Shown in pieces: positions 8,332-16,324 of a stretch of DNA of 64,000 nucleotides. This DNA comes from an uncultured Nitrososphaerota archaeon (GTDB taxonomy: Archaea; Thermoproteota; Nitrososphaeria; Nitrososphaerales; Gagatemarchaeaceae). How positions within the stretch are numbered: the stretch's first letter is position 1; each line of letters starts with the position of its first letter. A program made the translations under genes and the position numbers. Below the pieces are notes generated by a model, which ran no database searches, was not told the origin of the DNA, and worked only from the letters and a program-made list of their open reading frames with translations. The stretch covers positions 384,001-448,000 of the forward strand of contig CAWISW010000003.1 of the NCBI GenBank assembly GCA_963838925.1. The letters are read 5' to 3'.

Positions 8332-9429
8332 TCAAAGGGGCACCTTGCCCTCTATGCCCTCCTCCTCGGCCATCTCGCTGAGCTTCAAGTCGGCGAGCCC
8401 GAGGAGGTTCTCGACTCCCTGCCCCGTCTTAGACGAGATCTCTACCATGTCGACGGGACCGAGCGCGTGCTTCCTCTCCTCGATGAGCTCCGCTGGCGCG
8501 AGGTCGCACTTGTTGAGGACGAAAATCGCCCTCGATGGCTTCACCATCAGCTCCGTCAGCGCCTGCGCGGAGCTCTCGTAGCTCCTCAGGAACTTCTCGG
8601 CGGACTGGCTGACGTCGAGGAGGAGAAAGACCACGCTCGCGTAGGATATCTCCTCCAGGGTGGACTTGAACGACTCGATGAGGTACGGAGGGAGGTTGCT
8701 GATGAAGCCGACCGTGTCCGTGAGGAGGGTCTTCCTGTCCCCGACCATTACGGCCCTCGTCGTGGGCGCGAGCGTCGTGAAGACCCCCGCGTCGACGCTC
8801 TTCGACTCCCCCGTCAGCTTGTTGAAGAGGCTGGTCTTCCCGGCAGCCGTGTAGCCCGCGAGGGCTATAGTGGGGAACGCGAGCTTCCTCCTGTGCTCCC
8901 GGAAGAGCTCCCTCCTCTTCGCGACCCCTTCGACCTTCTTCCTCAAGACGGAGACGCGGCTCTTCATCATCCTCGTGTAGACGTCGGCCTCGTACTTGCC
9001 AAGGCCGAAGAACCCCGGCTGCTCTCCCTGCCTAGCCATCTTGACGCTCTCCCTCGCCCTTGGGAGCTCGTAGACGAGCTCAGCGAGCTGGACCTGGAGC
9101 TTCGCCTCGGCGGTCGAGGCCCTCATCGCGAATATCTCGAGTATCACCTTCTCCCTGTCCTTGACCTCCACCTTGCAGAGCTTGGCGAGCGCGTAGGCCT
9201 GCGAGGCCCTCAGCGCCTCGTCGAATAGGACGATGCCCGCTCCCTTCTCCCTCACCTCCCTCGCGAGCTCCTCGGCCTTCCCGCTGCCCACCCCGTACTT
9301 GGCGTGGTGCAGGAAGCCCTGTGTGACTACGCCGATGGGCTCGTATCCCGCGGCCTCCGCGAGAGCCTCTGCTTCCTCTATGGTGTCCCTGTCGGGGCGC
9401 GCTACCAGGAGCGCCTTTCGCGCGCTCAG
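8332..9429 (-). CDS. hflX: GTPase HflX (probable CTG start overlapping the mbf1 stop)
   Basis: GYTAAGKTS, DTVGF, NKCD motifs; conserved N-terminus continues upstream of the tracked ORF to 9429. Confidence 0.92.
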   Translation of the reverse strand: MSARKALLVARPDRDTIEEAEALAEAAGYEPIGVVTQGFLHHAKYGVGSGKAEELAREVREKGAGIVLFDEALRASQAYALAKLCKVEVKDREKVILEIFAMRASTAEAKLQVQLAELVYELPRARESVKMARQGEQPGFFGLGKYEADVYTRMMKSRVSVLRKKVEGVAKRRELFREHRRKLAFPTIALAGYTAAGKTSLFNKLTGESKSVDAGVFTTLAPTTRAVMVGDRKTLLTDTVGFISNLPPYLIESFKSTLEEISYASVVFLLLDVSQSAEKFLRSYESSAQALTELMVKPSRAIFVLNKCDLAPAELIEERKHALGPVDMVEISSKTGQGVENLLGLADLKLSEMAEEEGIEGKVPL

Positions 9430-9869
9430 ATTCCCGTCGGCCTGCCGCCCTCGAGCTCTGAGAGGGAGACTAACAGATTGATCTTCAGCTGGTGCATGAA
9501 CTTCCTCGTCAGCGTGAGGTCGGGCTTTATCTTCTTCGACTCGACCATCCTGATCACAGAGGGCTTTTCGCTGAGGAGCTGCCCCAGCTGCTCCTGAGAT
9601 AGTCCGAGCTTCTCCCTCGCCTGCCTGATCTTCAGGTTGTACTCCGGGTCCACGTCGAACTCTACCTCTATGGGCTGAATCGGCCTCGAGGACATCGTCC
9701 TCAGCGTGTTCTGCACCGGGGTGGCCCTGTGCAGCGCCGGGGCTGCCGGGCCGAGCGGCTTGCCCAGCTTCGCGCAGTTGTTACAGACGACCATGGTGGC
9801 CCCGTCTATCAAAACCCTGTTTGGAGACGCCCTGAGGGGAGAGCCGCAAACCTCGCATGCAGCTTTCAT
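9426..9869 (-). CDS. mbf1: Multiprotein bridging factor 1 (Zn ribbon plus HTH)
   Basis: CEVCG...VCNNC and IRQAREKLGLSQEQLG. Confidence 0.92.
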   Translation of the reverse strand: MKAACEVCGSPLRASPNRVLIDGATMVVCNNCAKLGKPLGPAAPALHRATPVQNTLRTMSSRPIQPIEVEFDVDPEYNLKIRQAREKLGLSQEQLGQLLSEKPSVIRMVESKKIKPDLTLTRKFMHQLKINLLVSLSELEGGRPTGI

Positions 9870-9919
9870 GAACGGCTATCCGTTTTGGACTCGCCTTAAA
9901 CACTTCGCTGGTCGGTCTT

Positions 9920-10096
9920 CTAGAGTGCGTCTTGCTTTCGCAACGAATCCCTGATCGTGAACAGGTTGGCAAGCGTCGCAATCTCTGACTCGACGTCCTC
10001 CCTGGATCTCTCCATCGCAGCCAAGACTCTCTTCTTCACCATAGGTATCATCGCCTCAGTAATTTCTCCAAGCCTATCGTCTATCTCGGCGCTCAA
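9920..10096 (-). CDS. Micro-protein B2 (58 aa)
   Basis: TTG start coupled to the upstream stop; LSAEIDDRLGEITEAMIPMVKKRVLAAMERSREDVESEIATLANLFTIRDSLRKQDAL. Confidence 0.55.
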   Translation of the reverse strand: MSAEIDDRLGEITEAMIPMVKKRVLAAMERSREDVESEIATLANLFTIRDSLRKQDAL

Positions 10097-10236
10097 CGCC
10101 TTCGTCGCATTCTGGACATGTCAAGCGTCTCGTTGACCCACTTTTCAAAGGCGACAGGGTCTGCGAGGAGCTTCTTCACGTACTCGCTCGCCCTTGCGAC
10201 GTCTTCGTCAGAAGGGGCCTTCTTGAGCCTCGACAT
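10093..10236 (-). CDS. Micro-protein B1 (47 aa, Arg-rich tail)
   Basis: MSRLKKAPSDEDVARASEYVKKLLADPVAFEKWVNETLDMSRMRRRR; TTAATAT box ~10265. Confidence 0.55.
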   Translation of the reverse strand: MSRLKKAPSDEDVARASEYVKKLLADPVAFEKWVNETLDMSRMRRRR

Positions 10237-10326
10237 GTTGTTGTTTAGAAGCCTCAGGGACATATTAAGCATACACGCGTCGTAGATTTTTAGATAGGCC
10301 TCGCGACACCGCCTTCGCATCTCCAA

Positions 10327-10806
10327 ATGAGGCTACTCGACGGCCGGAAGCAGTTCTCCATCATGCTGGACTATGAGTTCGGCGTGGGGACCAGCAGGGT
10401 CCTCCCAAAGACCGGCCTCACGTTCATCTACTCGAAGCGCTCGGACAGGCTGAAGCACGTCGTCCACGACGACAAGCTTTTCGCCACCGTCAGGCCCAAC
10501 GGCACCATTTCCCCGACGTTCTATGGTGCCTGCGTCCTAATCAAGTCCAAGGCATACGCGGAGAACTCGGTGGTCGTCGAGCAGGCGGCGGTCGAGTTCG
10601 TGAAGGAGGGCAAGTCGGTCTTCTGCAAGTTCGTCAAGAAGGTGGGCAAGCACGTCCTTCCCTCGGGGGAGGTGGCCGTGCTAGACCCCTCGGGGAATGT
10701 CATCGCCGTTGGGAGCGCGAAGATGCACGGAGACTTCATGCGCGAGTTCAAGCACGGCGTCGCCGTGAAGACGAGAGGGGCCGCCGACGTCCCCTCTGAC
10801 GAGTAG
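10327..10806 (+). CDS. PUA-domain RNA-binding protein (ArcTGT C-terminal-like)
   Basis: GKSVFCKFV...GEVAV...AVG...GVAVKTR. Confidence 0.85.
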   Translation: MRLLDGRKQFSIMLDYEFGVGTSRVLPKTGLTFIYSKRSDRLKHVVHDDKLFATVRPNGTISPTFYGACVLIKSKAYAENSVVVEQAAVEFVKEGKSVFCKFVKKVGKHVLPSGEVAVLDPSGNVIAVGSAKMHGDFMREFKHGVAVKTRGAADVPSDE

Positions 10807-10869
10807 CCGGGCCAGCACAACGATGGCTTTAAGGCTGGACTCGACAACAGCGGAGGTCAGGGAAGACGC

Positions 10870-11208
10870 ATGGGAATGAAGATCAACGACAGGAACGCGC
10901 GCCGCATGATGGAGCGCATGGGAATCAACCAGAAGGAGATTCCAGACGTCCAAGAGGTAATCATAAGGACGGCCACCAAGGACTTGGTAATCGCCGACGC
11001 ATCCGTCTCAGAGGTCGTCTTCCAGGGCAACAGGGTATTCCAGGTCGCGGGAGAGGTGGAAGAGGTCGCCAAGGAGGTCAAGAAGTTCTCCGACGACGAC
11101 ATCACCCTGGTCCAGCAGCAGGCCAATTCGACGAGAGAGAAGGCCATAGCCGCGCTCGAGCAGTCAGACGGCGAGGTGGCTAAGGCCATCATGCTCCTGA
11201 CTTCCTGA
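10870..11208 (+). CDS. nac: Nascent polypeptide-associated complex protein
   Basis: RRMMERMGI...EVIIRT and UBA-like DDDITLV..QA...AIAAL...G.VAKAI. Confidence 0.92.
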   Translation: MGMKINDRNARRMMERMGINQKEIPDVQEVIIRTATKDLVIADASVSEVVFQGNRVFQVAGEVEEVAKEVKKFSDDDITLVQQQANSTREKAIAALEQSDGEVAKAIMLLTS

Positions 11209-11291
11209 TTTTCGCAACTCCAGGGCCTTCGATTCAGGAACCTTCCTTCCGCGGTTTACAAACGGTTCTGTTCCGTTGATTAGGTGGTCGC

Positions 11292-12488
11292 TCATGGTGT
11301 TTCACTTTGGGTGGTAAGCGCCTTGGTGAGGAGGGTTAGCCACTTCTGTTCCCCTTGAACCCCGATTCCCGCCGCGTCTGCGGGGGTCTGCCCTTCCAAG
11401 GCCTCATGGGGCTTGACAAAGTTATAGTGAATCCGCTGGCCTTCGGCCAGCGTGGTCTTCATCGACTTCCATCCGCGCTGAACCTTGATTCTCTCACGAA
11501 GGGTGCCGTTCATCCTCTCGACCCGGTTGTTATTGGCGTGAGGCTTGCCGACACCCATCCTCGCCACCAACTCAGGCCTCGCGCTCTCCCCTTCCCAATA
11601 GGTCAAGGCCTGCGGGTAGGCGCTCAAGCCGTCTGCGAATATCTTCTCAGGCTCGCTCCCGTTGGCGTTCCGTCTTGCCTCGTTGAAGACCGCTACGGCC
11701 CCGTTCACATTCCTGTGCTGTGAAAGTCTGGACGCGAGAAGAAATCTCGTCTTCCTGTCCATCACATTCCAGAGGTAGGCCATGTTCTTCTGCGGCTTGC
11801 TTCTGTCCATGCCTCCCTTCGCTGTCTCTCCACCCCTCATCTTCACGAAGACCTCATCCGCCTGCCATGTCTCTGAAAGTTGGGGGGTCAGGCTGTTCAC
11901 ATACTCGGAAATCTTCGGCACGAAGGTTTCAATCCACCGATAGATTGAGGTCGCGCCCATCTCCGTCCCGAATTGGCTGTTCACGGTTCGGGCAATCTTG
12001 CGAAGGCTCATGCCTGAAAAGTAGAGGTCGAGGGTGAGACTGACAACCTCCGGCGTGTATCTCGACCCTCTGATTAGCGCCTGCTCTCTGAACCTGTGGC
12101 CGCAATCGTTGCACTTGAAGGCCTGCCTGCCGTGCGAGTTTCCAAACCGGATGACCTTGATCGACCCGCACTTTCCGCATTGAACCGCGTCGTCTGCGAA
12201 GACCTTTGGCTTGGGCTTCTGCTGAATCTCGACCCTTGCGGCAATCCACAGCTTGACCGCGAGCGCATGCTTGCAGGCCTCTATCTGGTCGGCTCTGGTC
12301 TCAAAGTCCGGACATGAACAGACCCACGATTGGCCGAGGAGTCGGACTTCATAGGCGAGGCCTTCCTTGCTTTGGGACGGGACGCTGAACGAGCCGTTCT
12401 GATTCTCGGTTATCCTGTTCTGCTCACAGATTACGAGCGCTTTCGTCATTCTTGCATCCCCCGCGTTTTGCTGAGACATGTTAGGCAC
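11292..12488 (-). CDS. DDE transposase (IS6/IS240 type) with N-terminal SWIM and Zn-ribbon domains
   Basis: CSCPD...CKH SWIM, CGKCG/CNDCG ribbon, WQADE, ADG..AY, NNNRVER. Confidence 0.9.
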   Translation of the reverse strand: MPNMSQQNAGDARMTKALVICEQNRITENQNGSFSVPSQSKEGLAYEVRLLGQSWVCSCPDFETRADQIEACKHALAVKLWIAARVEIQQKPKPKVFADDAVQCGKCGSIKVIRFGNSHGRQAFKCNDCGHRFREQALIRGSRYTPEVVSLTLDLYFSGMSLRKIARTVNSQFGTEMGATSIYRWIETFVPKISEYVNSLTPQLSETWQADEVFVKMRGGETAKGGMDRSKPQKNMAYLWNVMDRKTRFLLASRLSQHRNVNGAVAVFNEARRNANGSEPEKIFADGLSAYPQALTYWEGESARPELVARMGVGKPHANNNRVERMNGTLRERIKVQRGWKSMKTTLAEGQRIHYNFVKPHEALEGQTPADAAGIGVQGEQKWLTLLTKALTTQSETP

Positions 12489-12549
12489 CTAAGTATTAGA
12501 TACCTAACTATATCAACCTTTAGGTATCTAATCCTTATTAGGCTCCTAA
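12481..12549. promoter_or_regulatory. Four TTAGGnnCCTAA-like palindromic operators in the divergent promoter
   Basis: 12481-12492, 12496-12507, 12520-12531, 12538-12549; fifth copy at 13575-13586. Confidence 0.75.
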
Positions 12550-12566
12550 GAGAAGGCCTTGGAGTA

Positions 12567-12731
12567 ATGAGGTTGCAGAAGCAGAAGACGCGAGAGGTGA
12601 AGGGGAAGGAATACTTCCGGTGGACGGTTGTGATTCCGCCCGATGAGGTGGAGGGACTTGGATGGAAAGAAGGAGAGGAACTAAGGCCAAAGAGAGAGGG
12701 TAAGAAGTTGGTCATTGAGAAGAATCCTTGA
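12567..12731 (+). CDS. AbrB/MazE/SpoVT-type DNA-binding protein
   Basis: VVIPPDEVEGLGWKEGEEL swapped-hairpin motif. Confidence 0.8.
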   Translation: MRLQKQKTREVKGKEYFRWTVVIPPDEVEGLGWKEGEELRPKREGKKLVIEKNP

Positions 12732-13557
12732 TGTCGGTTGCCCTCTCTTCGCCTGACTGTCTCTTCCTGATTTCTTCATAGTATTTCAGGCTCATTTCCT
12801 CTCTTACCTTCTCAGCGAATTCTTCGAATGTCTTGTCGTCTTTGAAGTATCTATCTACGGCGCTCGCTTCCCATGTCTTGAACGCCACTCTCTTGAGATA
12901 GGACTCGGATAACCACTTCCAGTCGTTGAAGTGGGGGTCTAATACCGAACCCTCAGGAGTCTTCTCCATTTCCCGAAAGTCCATCTGATGAGGCTTCGAA
13001 TCTGGTTCGAGAATGATGACATCGGGAAGCCCGCCGACACTTTCATCGAGTTCCAACCTCTCCACCATGCTGATTGCGAAGAATGAACCTCTCCACATGT
13101 GCAAGATGCTGGAATCATACTCGTGGAGTAGTCTTACAAAGGGAGAGGCGTAGGGCGAGCCATGACCGACTATCGAGTAGGTCTCGACTTCCTCTGAGAA
13201 TCCCTCTTCCTCGATCAACTTGATTCTTGGAGCGCCCGAAGTGAGCTTGTCGAGGCCCATAATCAGGACTCCAAACCCGGGCCAGTTGTATCCAAATCTG
13301 GGCCTGTAGCGCTTGTAGAGTTCGCTAACGATGTCCTCAGCTTTCATCGCAAGAGAAGTGAAGTCCTTTGCCTCTATCTCCTTCATTTGCGGAAGGAAAT
13401 AGTCCAGCATGAACTTTCCGCCCGCCGCACCTATTACGGCACCATTAGGAAGGATGAACATCTTTTCCTGCTCCTCGGCCTCGTATCCACTTAGAACGCG
13501 CCTATCTGCTACCATCACCGCGCCATTCTTGGACTTCTGCGCCACGATGCAAGTCAT
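12712..13557 (-). CDS. Proteasome beta-subunit-like Ntn hydrolase (passenger gene)
   Basis: M-T1-CIVA...ADRR(D17)...EK(K33)...GAAG...IVGHGS...SVGG; no propeptide. Confidence 0.8.
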   Translation of the reverse strand: MTCIVAQKSKNGAVMVADRRVLSGYEAEEQEKMFILPNGAVIGAAGGKFMLDYFLPQMKEIEAKDFTSLAMKAEDIVSELYKRYRPRFGYNWPGFGVLIMGLDKLTSGAPRIKLIEEEGFSEEVETYSIVGHGSPYASPFVRLLHEYDSSILHMWRGSFFAISMVERLELDESVGGLPDVIILEPDSKPHQMDFREMEKTPEGSVLDPHFNDWKWLSESYLKRVAFKTWEASAVDRYFKDDKTFEEFAEKVREEMSLKYYEEIRKRQSGEERATDIKDSSQ

Positions 13558-13606
13558 CGGCTTGCGATAGAGCTTTAGGTTCCTAAAAGGCTTGCGAGGG
13601 TGCGAG

Positions 13607-13882
13607 TTGCCATACGGATACGGGGTAGTCGGAATTTCGACATTCGCGGGTTTCATCTTCGGAATATGGCTCCAATTTTCGCAACCTACCAACAGCGAGT
13701 CACTCCAATACATCGGTTATCTGCTCTTGGCGGTCGGACTGGTCAGCATGTTCGGGAATAGGAAGGCCGTTACCGGATTTCCGGGCGGTTTGTTGACGGG
13801 CGTTGGACTCGGAATCACCCTTGCCTCCGAGCCCGGATTCAGGCAATCCTTTTCCAATTTCTTCCCCTCGGCAGGACAATAG
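13607..13882 (+). CDS. Small 3-TM membrane protein (passenger gene)
   Basis: Hydrophobic Gly-rich helices; divergent from the proteasome-like gene across an operator palindrome. Confidence 0.55.
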   Translation: MPYGYGVVGISTFAGFIFGIWLQFSQPTNSESLQYIGYLLLAVGLVSMFGNRKAVTGFPGGLLTGVGLGITLASEPGFRQSFSNFFPSAGQ

Positions 13883-14099
13883 AAGAAAGAACAGGGCGAG
13901 AACGAAAAACAACAACCCGGCTTGAGGGATTCTAAGAATCAAGGTGAGGCCGCCGACTGCGAGGAAAAGCCCGAAGAGTCGTCTCGCCACCCCCTTCTGG
14001 AACGCCCGCAACCTTACGGAATCAACGGAACAGAACCTTACAAACGGTCAGATATGCATAAATACGGTTCACCAAAGCAACGGAAGCACAGAGTTTCAA

Positions 14100-14324
14100 A
14101 TGCCAGTAGTCGACCCTGAGCTTGCAATTGCCGCCGCACTCGTGATGGCAGGCGGCCTGATCGGAACCGGTATCGCCCAGCAGGGCATCGGCGCTGCTGG
14201 CATGGGAATCATCGCCGAGAAACCCGAGAAGTTCGGCCAGGTTCTCTTCTTCTTCGTCATCCCAGAGACCCTGTGGATTATCGGCTTCGTTCTCGGAGTA
14301 ATCCTACTCCTCAACATCCTCTAA
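14100..14324 (+). CDS. atpK: A/V-type ATP synthase subunit K (c), single hairpin
   Basis: AQQGIGAAGMG...EKPEKFG...IPETLW. Confidence 0.93.
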   Translation: MPVVDPELAIAAALVMAGGLIGTGIAQQGIGAAGMGIIAEKPEKFGQVLFFFVIPETLWIIGFVLGVILLLNIL

Positions 14325-14340
14325 GGGGCTGTCTATTCCC

Positions 14341-14901
14341 ATGATGGGCGTAGACGCACTCCTCAAGGAGGTCGAGGACCGCAGGAAGAAGGCCCTGGAG
14401 GCCCTAGAGGCCGAGTACAACGCGAAGCGCGAGGAGGTCAAGAAGAGGACAGCAGAGCAGGTCTCCTACCTGATGGACTCCGCCAAGAAGGAGGCGGTCA
14501 CCCTCGCCCAGAAGGAGGTCACGAAGGTGGAGGGCGCGTCGAAGCTCCAGTCCAAGAAGATGCTCTTCGACGCCACCGAGCAGCTCCTCGAGAACAACAT
14601 CTCAAGCCTGGAGCAGGCGCTGGCCGAGGTCGCCGCCTCCACCGCTTATCCAGAACTCCTCGCGAGGATGGCAAAGTACGCTAGCAAGAGGCTCGGCGGG
14701 AAGATCGTCGTGGTCTGCCGCAAGCAAGACGAGGCCGCCCTCAAGGCGGCGGGCGCGAAGGTGCTCTCAGCCAACCTGAACGCCGTCGGCGGCTTCAAGG
14801 CAGAGAACGAGGACAGGACGCTGGAGCTCGACCTCACCTTCGAAGAGATCCTCAGGGGCCGCGAGGACGACGTCCGCGCAGCCGTCCTCGGCAAGGAGTA
14901 G
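14341..14901 (+). CDS. atpE: A/V-type ATP synthase subunit E
   Basis: Coiled coil plus GGF...DLTFEE motif; operon position. Confidence 0.88.
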   Translation: MMGVDALLKEVEDRRKKALEALEAEYNAKREEVKKRTAEQVSYLMDSAKKEAVTLAQKEVTKVEGASKLQSKKMLFDATEQLLENNISSLEQALAEVAASTAYPELLARMAKYASKRLGGKIVVVCRKQDEAALKAAGAKVLSANLNAVGGFKAENEDRTLELDLTFEEILRGREDDVRAAVLGKE

Positions 14902-14912
14902 CGGGTCGACCA

Positions 14913-15977
14913 ATGAACTCCGCGCAGTTCGCCGGCCTCGGGAGGCTTCGCGCGCTCTCACTGTCGTTCCTCAACAAGGAGAAGCTCGACGAGCTCACCA
15001 GGGCGAAGGACATCGCAGAGATCGCCCAGCTGCTGGAGTCGACCTGGTACGGGCCTGAGATCGAAGCCGCGGCCTCGGTCTACAAGCCGCCGGAGCTCAT
15101 CGAGGTCGCGGCCAACCGCCACCTCGTAGGCGTCAACAAGACCGCCATGCAGACGGCGCCCCTCTTCGGGAAGGCCGCCATGACCGCTTACCTGGCGAAG
15201 TGGGACATCGAGAACATCGAGCTCATCCTCGCGGCCAAGAGCCTCGGCAGGGGACTCGAAGAGACCGAGGCCTTCCTGGTCTCCTCTCGCAACCTCCCCG
15301 TGGGCCTGTCGTTCACCGTCATACCGCTGTCGGAGCTGCAGACGCTCCTCCAGCAGCCGGACGTCGAGGCTGTGATCAACTACCTCGTGAAGTACGGGTA
15401 CGGCGCCATCCTCCTCCAGCAGCTCGGGGACTTCCGCAAGTCGGGCGACCTCGGAGTCTTCACCGCGGCCCTCCAGAACTTCTACTACTCCAAGCTCCTG
15501 TGGGAGCTGCGGTTCCTGCAGGGCGACGAGGGCGTCCTCAGGGAGTACGTAAAGTCGGACATCTCCAAGAGGAACCTGCTCAACTTCCTAAAGTCGCGCG
15601 AGTCCAAGATAGACAAGGAGACCTTCTCCAAGCACCTGATAGAGGGAGGCCTCATCCCCATCGCGAGCCTCCAGGAGGCCTACTCCTCGGCCGACGTGGG
15701 CGACGCCGTCAAGAGGTTCGAGCCGTGGTTCGACCTCAGCGCGGCCTTCGAGGCATACAAGCAGTCCGGGAACCTGACCCAGTTCGAGGTGGCCATCGAC
15801 AAGCTGATAGTCGCAAAGTTCCTCCCGAGGTTCCGCAGCCTTCCCATCTCTCTCACCGCCGTCTTCGGGTTCGTCCTTCAGGCGGAGATAGAGAGGCAGA
15901 ACATCAGGCGAATAACCTACGCAAAGCAATACGGAATGACCGAAGAATACATTAAGACGGTAATTCTGGCAGGCTAA
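14913..15977 (+). CDS. atpC: A/V-type ATP synthase subunit C
   Basis: WDIENI and E.ERQNIR motifs; operon position. Confidence 0.9.
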   Translation: MNSAQFAGLGRLRALSLSFLNKEKLDELTRAKDIAEIAQLLESTWYGPEIEAAASVYKPPELIEVAANRHLVGVNKTAMQTAPLFGKAAMTAYLAKWDIENIELILAAKSLGRGLEETEAFLVSSRNLPVGLSFTVIPLSELQTLLQQPDVEAVINYLVKYGYGAILLQQLGDFRKSGDLGVFTAALQNFYYSKLLWELRFLQGDEGVLREYVKSDISKRNLLNFLKSRESKIDKETFSKHLIEGGLIPIASLQEAYSSADVGDAVKRFEPWFDLSAAFEAYKQSGNLTQFEVAIDKLIVAKFLPRFRSLPISLTAVFGFVLQAEIERQNIRRITYAKQYGMTEEYIKTVILAG

Positions 15978-15981
15978 CAAA

Positions 15982-16323
15982 ATGAGTTCGAGAACCGCAG
16001 CCCAGACCGGCAAGATTGCCGTCGTTGGGGAGAACGAACTCGTCCTCGGCTACCGGCTCATCGGGGTAGAGGACGCGGTGATGGCGAAGAATGAAGACGC
16101 GCAAAAGGCTGTTTTAGAGCTCTTCAACTCTGGCAAGTATGGCCTCATAATCGTGGGGAGCGAGGCGAGGAAGGGGATCTCCCCGGCGACCATGGAGAAG
16201 CTAGAGTCCTCAATCGTGCCGCTGGTGGTCTTCATGCCCTCGACGCAGGCGACCGTCTCGGAGGAGTCGCTCTCGAGGCTGGCGAAGCGGGTCCTCGGCG
16301 TGGACCTGAAGGTTGGCAGTTAA
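15982..16323 (+). CDS. atpF: A/V-type ATP synthase subunit F
   Basis: KIAVVG...GYRLIGV...KRVLGVD. Confidence 0.9.
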   Translation: MSSRTAAQTGKIAVVGENELVLGYRLIGVEDAVMAKNEDAQKAVLELFNSGKYGLIIVGSEARKGISPATMEKLESSIVPLVVFMPSTQATVSEESLSRLAKRVLGVDLKVGS

Positions 16324-16324
16324 G

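Larger units (their letters stand above)
11264..14037. mobile_element. IS6-family-like transposon with passenger genes (2774 bp)
   Basis: Perfect 18-bp TIRs GGTTCTGTTCCGTTGATT (11264-11281, 14020-14037); 8-bp TSD TTACAAAC (11256-11263, 14038-14045). Confidence 0.93.

Noticed and set aside
12712-13713. 333-aa version of the proteasome-like ORF with a propeptide
   Set aside because: The extension crosses the operator palindrome and the divergent gene. ATG 13557 directly exposes Thr1.
13700-14011. Minus-strand membrane ORF inside the transposon
   Set aside because: It overlaps 13607-13882 by ~180 bp. Only its N-terminal half looks plausible, so it is left uncalled.
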